Below are positions 40,495 to 53,832 of a stretch of 64,000 nt of DNA, one piece after another. Below the pieces are notes generated by a model that was given only the letters and a program-made list of their open reading frames with translations, did not search any database and was not told the DNA's origin. Position numbers and translations under genes: made by a program. The stretch spans positions 100,812,001 to 100,876,000 of the forward strand of contig OX597819.1 of NCBI GenBank assembly GCA_951406725.2. The letters are read 5' to 3'. Position 1 is the stretch's first letter, and the number at the start of each line of letters is the position of its first letter. The stretch is from Octopus vulgaris. Taxonomy: Eukaryota.

Positions 40495-41349
40495 CCATCA
40501 TCGTGGTCGCGTTCGTCGTCGTTGGCGGAGGTAGCGTCGTCATCGTCCTCGTTATAATAGTCTAATGTTTATAAAGTTTTTCGCTGGAAATATTGATTTG
40601 GTCCCCCTCCCATATTCCTATGCAGGCGCTGTGCATCAAGGGCTATATCTATCAGGTTCTCTGTTCTTGGTCTTATCGAAACGATAAATTATAATTTGAG
40701 CGTAAATCTGGCTGATATTTCAAGTAGTACGAGTAATCACATTCAAGCCTCTTTCTTGACCCATAAAAGGTGTGTTCTTTGATTTCCATATATTTTCCTT
40801 CTTTTTTTCTTGTGGGTTTACAAGAGGTATCTACAGCAAAATTGACGTATGAGAGACAGGTGGGGAAGAGTAGGTTATTTGGGTGCATCTTGCAGTCCTA
40901 GAGACCTCGAAGCTATTGTGGTCCAGGGGTAAGAGAGGCAAAAGTGATTATAACCGGATATGGTTGTAGTTTAGTGAGTGAAATTATGTCATCTATTTCA
41001 CATATACATATACTTTGATTGATGTCCCATTTGACCCACCAACGTCTCGACATATTAACAGTAAATCATGCCTGGGGAAGAGGTAAGTTGTTAAAAACTG
41101 ACCTTGATTAGTTAAAATTATGCTAGTTTTGACAGGAAGTGTATCCCATTTAAGGCAATTGACTGTTACAAAACTTCATATTTCAAACATTATCATTGTA
41201 CTATCCAAAAGAAAGCTCCGAAATATCCGATTACCGAAAGAAAAAGTGAGCTCACACAATTGACCGAGAATATCTATTTTGTGATATTTCTGTAGATAAA
41301 TCTATAACAGACATTCCTCAGAATATTGTGAAATAGAGAAATGGTATTT

Positions 41350-41610
41350 GTGTACCATTTTTATTTTAGTCCTTGATTTCGTATATATACGCTTGCTTTC
41401 TTCCAAGGAATCTAGTACACTTAGCTTAGATTTTCTTGGGGTCGGCCAAATTGGAGCAGTCTCGTGTGTAACTGGCTGAGAAAATCTGGAAGTTAACTGA
41501 AGATATAAAACTCCGAATGATCCGTCCTTGCTTTTCTTTCCTTTTTGGTATCGTCTGTGTGGATGTTTTGTTGTCGCCTGTTACGTTCTTGTTCCACTTT
41601 TTGTTTTCTT
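41350..41610 (+). mobile_element. Fragment of the Penelope-like family seen at 22990-23835
   Basis: ttccaaggaatcta..ttcttggggtcggcca..ctgaaga..ccgtccttg..tatcgtct..ggatgttttgttgtc is the reverse complement of 23000-23250. Confidence 0.75.
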
Positions 41611-41623
41611 TCATATATATATA

Positions 41624-41965
41624 GGCACAAGCGTAGTTGTGTGGTAAGAAGCTACAAGGTTCAGGGTTCAGTCCCACTGCGTGGCACATTGGCCAAGTTT
41701 TATCTGCTATACCCTCGGGCCGACCAAAGCCTAGTGATTGTATTTGGTAGACGGAAACTGAAAGAAGTGCATCGTATATATGTATGTATATGTATATGTT
41801 TGTATATGTATATGACAACCGATTTTTATGCGTTCAGCGAAAAGAGACGGATAGAATAAGTACTAGGATTACAAAGAACAAGTTCTGGGTCGATTTGATC
41901 ATCTAAAGGCGGTGCTCCAGCATGGCGTTAATCAAATGACTGAAACACTTAAAAGAATAAAAGAA
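41624..41965 (+). mobile_element. SINE A (internally deleted)
   Basis: Head and tail match 53314-53735. Confidence 0.88.
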
Positions 41966-42131
41966 TATATGTACAACATAAGGATATAGATATACGTGCA
42001 TGCAGTATGCACATGCATGTCATAGTGTATGCCTGTGAATGTGTCTATGGTTACATTTATACGGAATAGCTACCTGTGTGTGTCTGCATAGTTCTGTTTG
42101 TGTCTCCATATATACATACATGCATACATAT

Positions 42132-42188
<57 letters not shown>

Positions 42189-42193
42189 ATCTA

Positions 42194-42245
<52 letters not shown>

Positions 42246-42379
42246 TGTATATATTTCGATATAGATATCTCAACATCTAATATATGCTAGAAAACCCATT
42301 AGATACAGATATATACACTTTATATATGTATATACTCAAACACATATGAATATCTGTGTTTGTAATGCGATATACTATA

Positions 42380-42430
<51 letters not shown>

Positions 42431-42895
42431 CATATATATGAATGCACATTGATATAAGTATTAATGTGAATATATCAGCTAGCATGACTGCATGCATTTA
42501 TCAGGATACAACATATTGTCTGTAATCACGTGACAGCATCATAAGCGATAAGTAAATGCAATACATCTGTCTGTTTATCTTAGGAAAACTAATAAATCTG
42601 TTGAAGTTGTTGTTGATTAATTGAGAAATAGGATGAGGGAGTTGATTCACAGTTTATTATCAGGAGGGAGCGTTAATGGCGGCATTAATATCTTAACAAA
42701 CACACACACACACACACGTGTGAATAAATATATATATATGTATAAGCAAATATATATGTGCGTGTATACATATAAATATGTTCATATATAAATGTATGTA
42801 AGCACGTATATATATATATATATATATATACGTATATAATATGTATATACATTATCTATCTATCTCTCTTTCTCTATCTATCTATCTATCTAACT

Positions 42896-42965
<70 letters not shown>

Positions 42966-42997
42966 GCGTTGTTCTTTGCATGAAGAATTGTAATATC

Positions 42998-43201
42998 GAA
43001 GAAGAGAAGGGAGAATAAGAAAGATTCTGACAATGCAGAAAATTTAACAAAGCCTTTATATTTCAGGCGCAGAGGCCCGTTCTCAAGAGAAAGAATAACT
43101 AGATATATTTCTTCGGAGGAGGGGCCTTTGTACCTATATTATAAAGGTTTTGTTGAATCTTTCAAGTTCAAAACGCTTTCCTATCTTCGCTTTTTACCTT
43201 C
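42998..43201. repeat. About 200-bp imperfect palindrome with hammerhead-like arms
   Basis: aacaaagcctttatatttcaggcgcagaggccc is inverted against gggcctttgtacctata..ataaaggttttgtt. Confidence 0.75.
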
Positions 43202-43721
43202 TATATGTGTGTGTTGTGTGTGTATCCATTTATATGATAGAAACACGTGGCTGTTTTTTGAGTTGTACGTTTGGAAGCCAACTGTATAGTAGCGTTCAAG
43301 TCCCCTGCATGGCAATATAAGCCACAGCCTTCTCTTACTGCTAGGATGTTCATCAATGCTTTATGATTGAAATTTAATTGACGAAAATATTGTCGATGGT
43401 TGTCATATATATATATTTCTCATAATATTTATATATATGTATGTGTGTATGGATATTTTAAATATTAATTTTAAAAACTTGATTGTCAAATATACAACAT
43501 AAATGTTACCATTCACAAAGAGTGCTTACAATATTTAACTGCCAGATTGCACTTCGATTGTGTGCATGTAAGAATTTGTTCGTTCTTTCAATTAATCAAT
43601 TAGGAGTTTTATGTTCATGTCGTGCGTACATAGTATTTTGGCAATGTCTTCGTTACTCTTCTCTATAAATCCTTTTTGAATTAATTAATTATCAATTACT
43701 AATATATCTTGAAAACAAAAC

Positions 43722-44210
43722 TGAAGAAGAAGAAGAAGAAGAAGAAGAAGAAGAAGAAGAAGAAGAAGAAGAAGAAGAAGAAGAAGAAGAAGAAGAAGCT
43801 GAGGAAGAAGAAGAAAAGAAGAAAAACTGAGGAAGAAGAAGATAAGGAAAAATATGAGGAGGAGGAAGAAAATGAAGAAGTGGAAGAAGAGGAAGAAGAA
43901 GAGGAAGAAAAAGAAGGAGAAGAAAAAGAAAGAGAAGAGGAAGAGAAATAAGGAGAAGAAGGAGAAGAAGGAGAAGAAGGAGAAGAAGGAGAAGAAGAAG
44001 AAGATGATGATGAGGAGGAGGAGGACGAAGACGAACATGAGGAGGAGGAAGAAGAAGAGTAAGATAAGGAGCAGGAAGATGATGATGATGAATTGGAGGA
44101 GGAAGATGATGATGATGATGAGGAGGGGGAGGAGGGGGAATATAAGGAGGAGGAGGGGGAGGAGGGGAAGATGATGATGGTGAGGAGGAGAGGAGGAGTA
44201 ATATGATGAT
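43722..44210. repeat. (GAA)n/(GAG)n/(GAT)n polypurine array
   Basis: Directly visible. Confidence 0.97.
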
Positions 44211-44229
44211 AATATTCATCTAGCAATGT

Positions 44230-45160
44230 GGGTCGATAAAATAAGTATCAGTGTAACACTGAGATCGATGTAATCGACTTATCGCCTACCCTGAATTTTC
44301 TGGTCTTCTGGCAAAATTTTAAATCAGTATTAAGTCACTGAAATAGGTGGCGAGCTAGCAGAATCGTCAATACGCCGATCACAATGCTTAGCGGCAGTTC
44401 GTCCGTCCTAACTCTTTGAATTCAAATTTCAATGGGATCGATTTGCCTTTCATCCTTTCGGTGTCAATAAAATACCTACCAATTCTATACTGGAATCGTT
44501 TAAATCGATGTTGCCCCTCATCCGATATTGCTAGCCTTGTGTCAAAATTGGAAACCGCTATATAAACAGCATGTTGTTTCAGGATCAGTTCTGTTGTCTA
44601 CCAAATTTAACTAATAACAAAGCAATATATCTCAAATGAAAGTTATAGATTTAGAAAGCTTGAATTGTGAATCAAGCATTTCAAAATATTTCAAAACTTT
44701 AATGAATGGAGGTAAGTCGGGTTCATTAGTTGTTTAAATATATCTTTTTTTCATAATATATCATCTTCGTAGGTGGCGAGCTAGCACAACCGTTAGCGCG
44801 CCGGGCGAAGTGCTTAGTGGTATTTCGTCTGCCGTTACGTTTTGAGTTCAATTTCCGCCGAGGTCGACTTTGCCTGTCATCCTTTCGGGGTTGCTAAATT
44901 AAGTACTAGTTTCGCACTGGGATTGATGTAATCGACTTAATCCCTTTGTCTGTCCTTGTTTGTCCCCTATATGTTTAGCCCTTTGTGGGTAATAAAAAAT
45001 AAGAAACTTTAGCACGCCGGACGAAATTCCGCCAAGGTCGACTTTGCCTTTCATCCTTACGGGGTCCATAAATTATGCACCATTTACGAACTTGGGTCGA
45101 TCTAATCGACTGGCTTCCACCCCCAAAATTTCAGGCCTTGTGCTTAGAGTAGAAAAGAAT
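44230..45160 (+). mobile_element. Cluster of four SINE B copies/fragments (best copy 44771-45003)
   Basis: ggtggcgagctagc..gagttcaatttccgccgaggtcgactttgcc..catcctttcgggg; the central domain resembles the Nin/Deu SINE domain. Confidence 0.9.
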
Positions 45161-45792
45161 ATATCATCCTCTCGTCATGTTGGCGAACTGAGAATAAGCT
45201 ATTGAAACTTCACATGACTGAGATTAGTCAACATCTATAATCAAACAATGAGGTATCTACTACAGAGAACTACAACTGAAATTCTTATATTATGAAATAT
45301 TCCTTGAAAAAATGTAATACGTATTTAAGGTTATTTACTTATGTTATGCTTTGATTTTGAAAGAGAGGGGCTCCTACACGTAATTCTGGAAGAGTGAGAG
45401 GGATCTTGGTCCATTTTCTAAAATTTCTTTGGGAGAACCTGCTCGGAGCGGTGGGAGGGGTTGGCGCAAAGAAAAAACACATGGAAATTCGATCAACCAA
45501 AAATTAATTTTAATGAGAAAATGAATGCGAGGTGGTAAGTCTTGGGTGTCTTTTTCACTTGAAATGTAATTAGAATTAATTATAAATTTTTCTCAGTTCA
45601 TCACCTCAAGCATGTTAGTTTGCATTATATATTCGTTGAGCAGAGGATATCCTACGAGAATTTGCATACTTGTATATATATATTTACCATATATGTATGC
45701 ATATATGTTTCTTTTATTATCTACGTATACATGTATGTTTGTATGTGTGTATGTATATGCATCTATTATATATATATATATACAATATATAG

Positions 45793-45824
<32 letters not shown>

Positions 45825-45935
45825 CATACATACATACATACATACATACATACATACATACATACATACGTACACACACATATCTGATGGCATACGAGTA
45901 AGCTATATATATGTGTTTGTATCTGCGTTTGCATG

Positions 45936-45980
<45 letters not shown>

Positions 45981-46059
45981 CTCTCACTATATAAATATAT
46001 ATATACGTATGTATGTACGTGCGTGTGTGTGTATTAATATCTATGTATCAATCTACCTA

Positions 46060-46252
46060 TCTAAAGGCAAGATGTTGAAGCGTTCCCGTCTTTGAATAAA
46101 AGAAAATACAAAAGAATCAGTCAAAATATTCCCTTTTCAGATTCACGCACTCATTAGAGCGGTCGATGAGATTTTTGTAAGCCCCGTAAAAGAACTCGGA
46201 AAGTTGAGCTTCCAGCAAAGCCTTTCCCGATACTCTTAAAACACCTTCTTGT
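46060..46252 (-). mobile_element. mariner C-terminal fragment / MITE
   Basis: Minus strand LEAQLSEFFYGAYKNLIDRSNECVNLK resembles the mariner C-terminus (W...Q..FF..G...L..R..KC). Confidence 0.55.
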
Positions 46253-46329
46253 ATGTATGCATATGTATGTATATGAACTTTATATTAATTAAAATATGTT
46301 TGCGACATATAAAAGGAAATAATAAATGC

Positions 46330-46550
46330 GCCGTTTTAAAGCCTAGCTAGGCTCATGGGCCCGGTTTCCCGGTTTCTATGGCGTATGTGTTCCCCAGCTG
46401 GATGAGAGGCCAGTCCATCGCAGCGTTTCTCATTTTTGCCCGCTGATTGGACTGGAGCAAGAACACAACACGTCGCCCGGTCCAGGAATTGAAGTCACAA
46501 TCTTACGATCATGGTGCTGACACTCTAACCACTAAGCGTCGCGCCTCCAC
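46330..46550 (-). mobile_element. SINE C
   Basis: Reverse complement of a ggaggcgc..cttagtggttagagtg..tcaattcctggaccgggcgacg head with the ccaatcagc..aaaaatgag domain. Confidence 0.8.
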
Positions 46551-47176
46551 TTTTTGAGACATATATTAATTTTTAAAGGCAAATTCACTCCAGTTACCAT
46601 GGACAGAAATTTCTCAGTCAATAAGAATTAAATAATATTCTGTCATTCTACTTAGTACTGAGCCTTCCCATCAGAAATCGTTTACTCGTAATTCTTAGGC
46701 TTCCTTTAAAATAACAGCCTCAATCGTGTGTGTGTATGTGTGTGTGTGTGTGTGTGTGTGTCTCTGTGTGTGTGTTTGTGTGTGTGTTTGCGTGCGTGCG
46801 TGTGTGTGTACGTGCGCGCGCTGTGTGTGTTCGGGCACGTGCGTGTGTGACCATAGAGTACTAGAAATATTTAAGGACACTTAATCATTTGCATATTACT
46901 TCAAATCAATGCTAAGGCTTTATGTCTTTCAGGTCCCCAATTGCAGAAAATATATTAACACAAATATTTAAAATCCATGCTGTCATTTTTATCATCTCTG
47001 AAGAAACCATTCGTGAAGAAAACCTGGCTAGAGGAAAAAGGCTCTTTTTGACATTGCCGACATCTTTAAATTTACAATTTGTGCACAAAGTTCGAATGGA
47101 ATTGAATAACTCTGGCGGGAATGCTTCAATTGCATCAAAGTGAAGAAAAGAAGAAAGTTTTAAATGTTCAGATATT

Positions 47177-48785
47177 GGCGCAGGTGTAGCTGTGTGGTAA
47201 CAAACTTAATTTGCAACTACATAGTTCTGGATTCAGTCCAATTGCGAGACGACAAGATCCTCGAGCCGACAAAAACCTTGTGAGTGGATTTCGTTGACGG
47301 AAACTGAAAGCAGCTCGTCGTATATATGTATACTAGCAGCACAGCCCGGCGTTGCCCGGGTATGTCAGAAACTTTGTCGATAAGCAATGCCCTTTACCTT
47401 TTTTCCCTTTTTTGTACTCATTGACCCGTTATTTTGTAAAATGAAGCCTAAAAGGCATTAAGGCATTCAAGGCACCGTTCCCTTGCATGCATGAAGAAAA
47501 TCTATGACAGTCAAAGTGCATTTTCTGGTTTTGTTTAGCACACCCAACCCAGTTCTGTGGGATGAGTGTCGCGACGGGAACGCATGGGTTGGGAGTTTGA
47601 CCGGCAGAGGCGATAAAGTTGCACATGCCGGCCCTTTTAACACTCCCCCCCCCCCCGAACCCAGGTTGGGTTCGGACCACAGCTAAGCCCTACCTAATTC
47701 TAACTTAAGTCTTGCGAAAGGGGGTTCGGGAGTCTCTAGTAGGCAACGACTAATCCCGATCTAGTCCTTTACCTCTAGGGAACGAAGGCGCATGTGTGCC
47801 TGAAATCCGCCAACTATTTAACAAAAGTCAGTTTAGTAGGGTTCGCATGGTCGGTCTCAAAGTGATATGGTTTTGTCGATTTCTCCCAATACTTGTTAAC
47901 TGCATTGACAAAAGGTCGTTAGTTTAACATTTAATGCAAACTTGATGTCCAACATTGGTGTAGGGAAAATCTATGTGAACTTTCAAAAAATATCGCAGAA
48001 AAATCGGTTTGCTATGTGTGCCACATATGATTTTTTTCCAGTAATGACGTATCCTATTGGAATCAAAATGGCCATATAGCTCCTTGGCGCAGACATGATG
48101 CTCGCTGTGAATTTCAAAAAGATTCCTGCGAATTTGTTAAAGATATTGTCGAAAATATGTCATCTTGAATTTGAACGCGATTTCCCAAAATGGCATGATT
48201 TTATCGATTTTTTCTGATGGTAAGGTATTGGATGGAAAACTAACGTCAGAATTAAGTTCCTTAGGGTAACATTAAGCTTCAACATGAGTTCGGTGAAAAT
48301 CGATTGCAAGTTGCGAAAACTACAACGGAAAATGTGTTGCATATGATAAGCTTAGATTCTCGACCCCATGTCGAATTTATCGATTTTTTTCAGAACTGGA
48401 GGAACTTTTCAAAACTTTCGCTGTGTTAGTTTTGAATTATGACATTGGGCTATGTTTGTGTCAAGGTACATCAGAATCGGTTGAAAGCTGTGGTCAGGGT
48501 GAGGGTACAACCTGACAGACACACAGACAGACACACTGACAGACAAACTGCCTTTTATATATAGAGAGATGCATATATCTATGTGTATGTGTGTGTGTCT
48601 CTGTGTCTGTGATTCACTGTCACCACCACACGATGGTGATGGTATGTATACGTCTCTAACTTAGTGGTTCGGCTAAAGAAACTGATAGAATAAATACTAT
48701 TGATTTGTTTCTCTAAAAGCCCTTCAAGTTGGTGCCCCAGCATGGCCGCAGTCGATTGACTGAAACAACTGAAAGATAAAAAACA
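47177..48785 (+). mobile_element. SINE A split by a Helitron insertion
   Basis: 5' half 47177-47330, 3' half 48571-48785. Confidence 0.85.
47333..48569 (-). mobile_element. Non-autonomous Helitron (long, about 1.24 kb)
   Basis: Minus strand a|TCtctctatatataaaaggcag..cccgggcaacgccggg..tgctgCTAG|t; 48356-48569 is close to 24598-24809. Confidence 0.9.
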
Positions 48786-49184
48786 AATCATAAAAATGCT
48801 GTAAGAATGCCGCAATACATTGAACTGGTTCAAAAATTATCGATAATGCTCCAGGTAAATCAATGAAATATATCGTCAAAGAACTTCTGGTGCAGGAGTG
48901 TGCTATCAGAACTTTGTTGCATAAAGACATTCTATATAAGTCGTATGTACTAAGGAGGGGATAGTTCATATCTATGACAGTGAAAAACCGTTTAACTCAT
49001 GCCAAATGGTTACTTAATGAAGTTAATTACGTTTACAGTCATAGCCGGTTCGTTACTGATGAGAAAAGCATCAACTAATCCAAAAGGCCCCTAAAACGAA
49101 TGACAGATTATTAAGTTCCATTCGGATAGCCACAGAGTGATGCCCAATACATTTCCAGCAACTGGTTTACGTATGTATGTATGT

Positions 49185-49735
49185 CATTGTTCAGTTTTAT
49201 TTCAAGATTTCTTGCCAAGAGAGAAAGAGTCGGTTTCTAACCAAGATCCAAGGCTCCTTCATAGGAATTTCAACATCAACAACGATATTTTTGTATGTCT
49301 GTATGCATGTATATGTGCAGATTTGTATGCTGTGCTTTATATATGTAATCTCATGCATATCGTTGTTTATCTGGACATGCTCAGTATATACTTAAATGAT
49401 AAACTTCTGGAAAGTTTTACAGATTTTTATGGTTCAAGTGATGGATTGGATCTGTAGTCTTCGAATTAACTTTCTCCTTTCTGGTTTTGAGAAGCTTAAT
49501 TTCCGAATAATTCCCAATAATTACAGGTATAGGCATGAACTCGAAATATGGATAGAATAACTGCAGATTTCTTAATAGTTCAGCATAGACGCTCTCTTTT
49601 TCACTGATCTTCGGCTTCATGTTAACATCCGCTGGACAGCTAATTTCCTCAACTATGCACAGTTTCTCTTCCCTATCCCAAATCACTATGTCAGGTCTAT
49701 TGTACTTACATTTTATTGAGGTCTTCACTAGGACA
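49185..49735 (-). mobile_element. 5'-truncated R4-like RLE LINE with 3' UTR, flanked by (TACA)n
   Basis: ORF 49417-49728 KCKYNRPDIVIWDREEKLCIVEEISCPADVN..KISEKESVYAELLRNLQLFYP..PVIIG is a PD-(D/E)xK restriction-like endonuclease. A shifted frame ends IKICKTFQKFII*. Confidence 0.9.
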
Positions 49736-49873
49736 TGTATGTATGTATGTGTATGTATGTATGTATGTATGTATGTATGTATGTATGTATGTATGTATGT
49801 ATGTATGTATTTATGTAGGTAGGTAGGTAGGTATTTGTGTATGTGGGTATGTATGTATAAATGTATGTATGTA
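49735..49873. repeat. (TATG)n microsatellite
   Basis: Directly visible. Confidence 0.97.
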
Positions 49874-50222
49874 TTCTCTTTCTCTTAATTTTTAGTTTAT
49901 CTGTAACTGGCCACATTCCCGCAGGCAAGCTTGTGAAGAAAAAGAAATTCTTTTCTCTACTGGAAGTCTTCGACCTGTGAATAGTATGAAGCTTTTTACA
50001 AATGATGACCGCGATTATTTGTAGCTTATCAATAAAGGAGATACGCTTTTTCTATACAAATCGTAGTTCAGTTATATTTTGGTCAACGCGGGTTGTTATA
50101 TGACACGAGGCTAAAACAATAACAGACATGAGGCGATGAACGGGTATCATAGATATTGTATCTGCAAATTTTCATCTCTCTCATTCCACATTTCTCCATT
50201 TCTCTCTCTCTCTCTCCCTATG

Positions 50223-50293
<71 letters not shown>

Positions 50294-50384
50294 GTGTGGT
50301 TGTGCGTGTATTTATGCATTTATAGAGACATGCATATATGGTTGTTAATGTGTATGTATACATGAATAATATATATATATATCT

Positions 50385-50986
50385 TTTCTTTTTCTCTTTT
50401 TACTTGTTTCAGTCATTTGACTGCGGCCATGCTGGAGCACCGCCTTTAGTCGAGCAAATCGACCCCGGGACTTATTCTTTGTAAGCCCAGTACTTATTCT
50501 ATCGATCTCTTTTGCCGAACCGCTAAGTGACGGGGACGTAAACACACCAGCATCGGTTGTCAAGCAATGCTAGGGGAACAAACACAGACACACAAACATA
50601 TTCACACACACTTATATATATATATATAGGAGGCGCATATATACGCGGTTTCAGACCGGGCGTTGTGTGTGTTATTGAGCGAAAAAACACCTAAAAGCTC
50701 CACGAGGCTCCGGCAGGAGGTGGTGATCCTGCTGTACTCTTTCACCACTCTAAAGGCGGTTCCAGCATGGCCGCGTCAAATGACTGAAACAAGTACAAAA
50801 AAAAAAAAATAAAAAAAAATATACGTCAGGCTTCTTTCAGTTTCCGTCTACCAAATCCACTCACAAGGCATTGGTCGGCCCGGGGCTATAGCAGAAGAAC
50901 GTGCCCAAGATGCCACGCAGTGGGACTGAACCCGGAACCATGTGGTTGGTTAGCAAGCTACTTACCAAACAGCGACTCCTGCGCCT
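50385..50986 (-). mobile_element. Young SINE A with a nested opposite-strand chimeric SINE (50628-50818)
   Basis: 50395-50600 and 50820-50986 are near-identical reverse complements of 53314-53735. Confidence 0.92.
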
Positions 50987-51660
50987 ATATATATATATTC
51001 ATATATATATATACACACACATACATATATATATAAATATGCGGTTGGCCATGGATATTAGCGACTGGAAAAGATCAATGAGACAGATATGTGCATTTAG
51101 CAATGCCATATCACAGCCAGGGATTTTTCTTCCACTAGTGATAAGTATGTGTGTTGCTTTCATTCTTTTTTTATCACTGTAATTGTATATATGACGTCAT
51201 CAACAGATGAATACCGTGGTTATTTAAGATTTCAACGAGTTATCTCCCTTAAGTATATTATACATATTGCTACTTTAAACTCCCACGGATTATGACCCAC
51301 GTCACAAATTTTTATTCAGCCTACGGCTACTTGCGTTATCGGTAATTTTTCAATCATTGGTCAGTAACAGGCTATCTTTAGTATGCGGTTATCAGAGAAT
51401 AATTTGTTTATTGTCGAAATGCAAAGAGGCAGATCGCACGTTTACGAAAGTCATCAGAACAAATGGACGGTTTTCAGCTGCTACTCATATATTCCTGCTT
51501 TTTGTTTTTAGTATTACATGTCCATAAGAAATGCAATAGTGACAATTTATCTACTTTAAGTATGATGCATTGATTCTTATATCAAACTATAACTACAGAT
51601 AAACAACCATATATATATATATATATATAATTTATTTGTATACATACATATGTTTATATG

Positions 51661-52318
<658 letters not shown>

Positions 52319-52351
52319 TACATATCAAAATCTCTCAGAGAGATTTATACA

Positions 52352-52572
52352 CTAGCAGCACGCTGGCAGAATCGTTAGCACGCCGGGCAAAATGCTCAGC
52401 AGTATTTCGACTGCCGCTACGTTCTGAGTTCAAATTCCGCCGAGGTCGACTTTGCCTTTCATCCTTTCGGGGTCGATTAAATAAGTACCAGTTACGCACT
52501 GGGGTCGATATAATCAACTTGATCCGTTTGTCTGTCCGTGGTTGTCTTCTCAGGGCAGTAAAGAAATAGGTA
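52352..52572 (+). mobile_element. SINE B
   Basis: ctggcagaatcgttagcacgccgggc..gagttcaaattccgccgaggtcgactttgcctttcatcctttcggggtcg..taaagaaatagg. Confidence 0.92.
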
Positions 52573-52712
52573 TGTTGTCAAATTAATGAAAGGGAAGAGT
52601 ATTCCTACTATTTAGCCTTAAGAAACACCGTTTCTTGTTGGCCATGACACATTTTCTGTGTCCTTATGTTTTCAAAAGGGAGATAAGCACTTCCACCCAG
52701 CAAATCTAGCAA

Positions 52713-52753
52713 CCAGAGATTAGTTTCAGGATCATTGCTCATCATCGGTCTGG
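52713..52753 (-). ncRNA. Degenerate minimal hammerhead motif, C4 variant
   Basis: Minus strand: ccaga-CCGATGA-tgagcaatgatcct-GAAA-ctaa-TC-tctgg. Perfect 5-bp stem I; stems II and III are eroded. Confidence 0.55.
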
Positions 52754-53313
52754 AGTAGCTGTTGATGCTTATTGGCCAACAAGAAAATATTTTTTACACA
52801 GTATACCAACACATGATCTATGTCCGTATACTGTGAGATAGGGAGTCTACTGCTCCCTTTCTATATATATAAGGATATATATGTGTATATAATATATTTT
52901 CACATATACATGTGTGTGTGCGCGTGTGTGTGTGTCTATGTGGTCGTTTTTGCCTCCTCCCCTTAAACACACATCGCTTGACAACTGGTAACTTAGTAAC
53001 TCGGCAAAGAGACCTATAGATTAAGTACCAAGATCTAAAATAGAAACAAGTACTGAGGCCGATTCATTCGACGTAAAATTCCTCAAAGCGGTGCTCCAAC
53101 CTATCCGCAGTGTAATGATTGAAACAAACTAAAGATAAAATAATATTATAGTCATGGATTCATGCAGCCATTTTTCTATCTACTCTTCAATATGCATCTC
53201 TTTCCTCGTATCTAGTAATTTTACCCGTCAAGCTCTTCTTGTATATATCTATCCATCCGTATATCTAACCATGTACGAATTCATCCCTGCACATATATAC
53301 ACACACACACATA

Positions 53314-53475
53314 CGCAGGAGTGGCTGTGTGGTAAGTAGCTTGCTAACCAACCACATGGTTGCGGGTTCAGTCCCACTGCGTGGCATCTTGGGCAGGTGT
53401 CTTCTGCTATACCCCGGGCCGACCAATGCCTTGTGAGTGGATTTGGTAGACGTAAACTGAAAGAAGCCTGTCGTA

Positions 53476-53533
<58 letters not shown>

Positions 53534-53735
53534 ATTGTGTGTCTGTGTTTGTCCCCTAGCATTGCTTGACAACCGATGCTGGTGTGTTTACATCCCCGTC
53601 ACTTAGCGGTTCGACAAAAGAGACCGATAGAATAAGTACTGGGCTTACAAAGAATAAGTCCCGGGGTCGATTTGCTCGACTAAAGGCGGTGCTCCAGCAT
53701 GGCCGCAGTCAAATGATTGAAACAATTAAAAGAGC
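53314..53735 (+). mobile_element. SINE A, full length, best-preserved copy
   Basis: A box tggctgtgtgg, B box ggttcagtcc, cttgggcaggtgtct, internal (TA)n(TG)n, tail ccagcatggccgcagtcaaatgattgaaac. Confidence 0.95.
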
Positions 53736-53782
53736 ATACCTATATACATACACGTTCTCACAGGCATATGCGCAGAGAGCGA

Positions 53783-53832
<50 letters not shown>

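Noticed and set aside
53314-53385. tRNA gene
   Set aside because: A/B boxes are present but run into a SINE body with no complete cloverleaf; the same holds for the other SINE heads.
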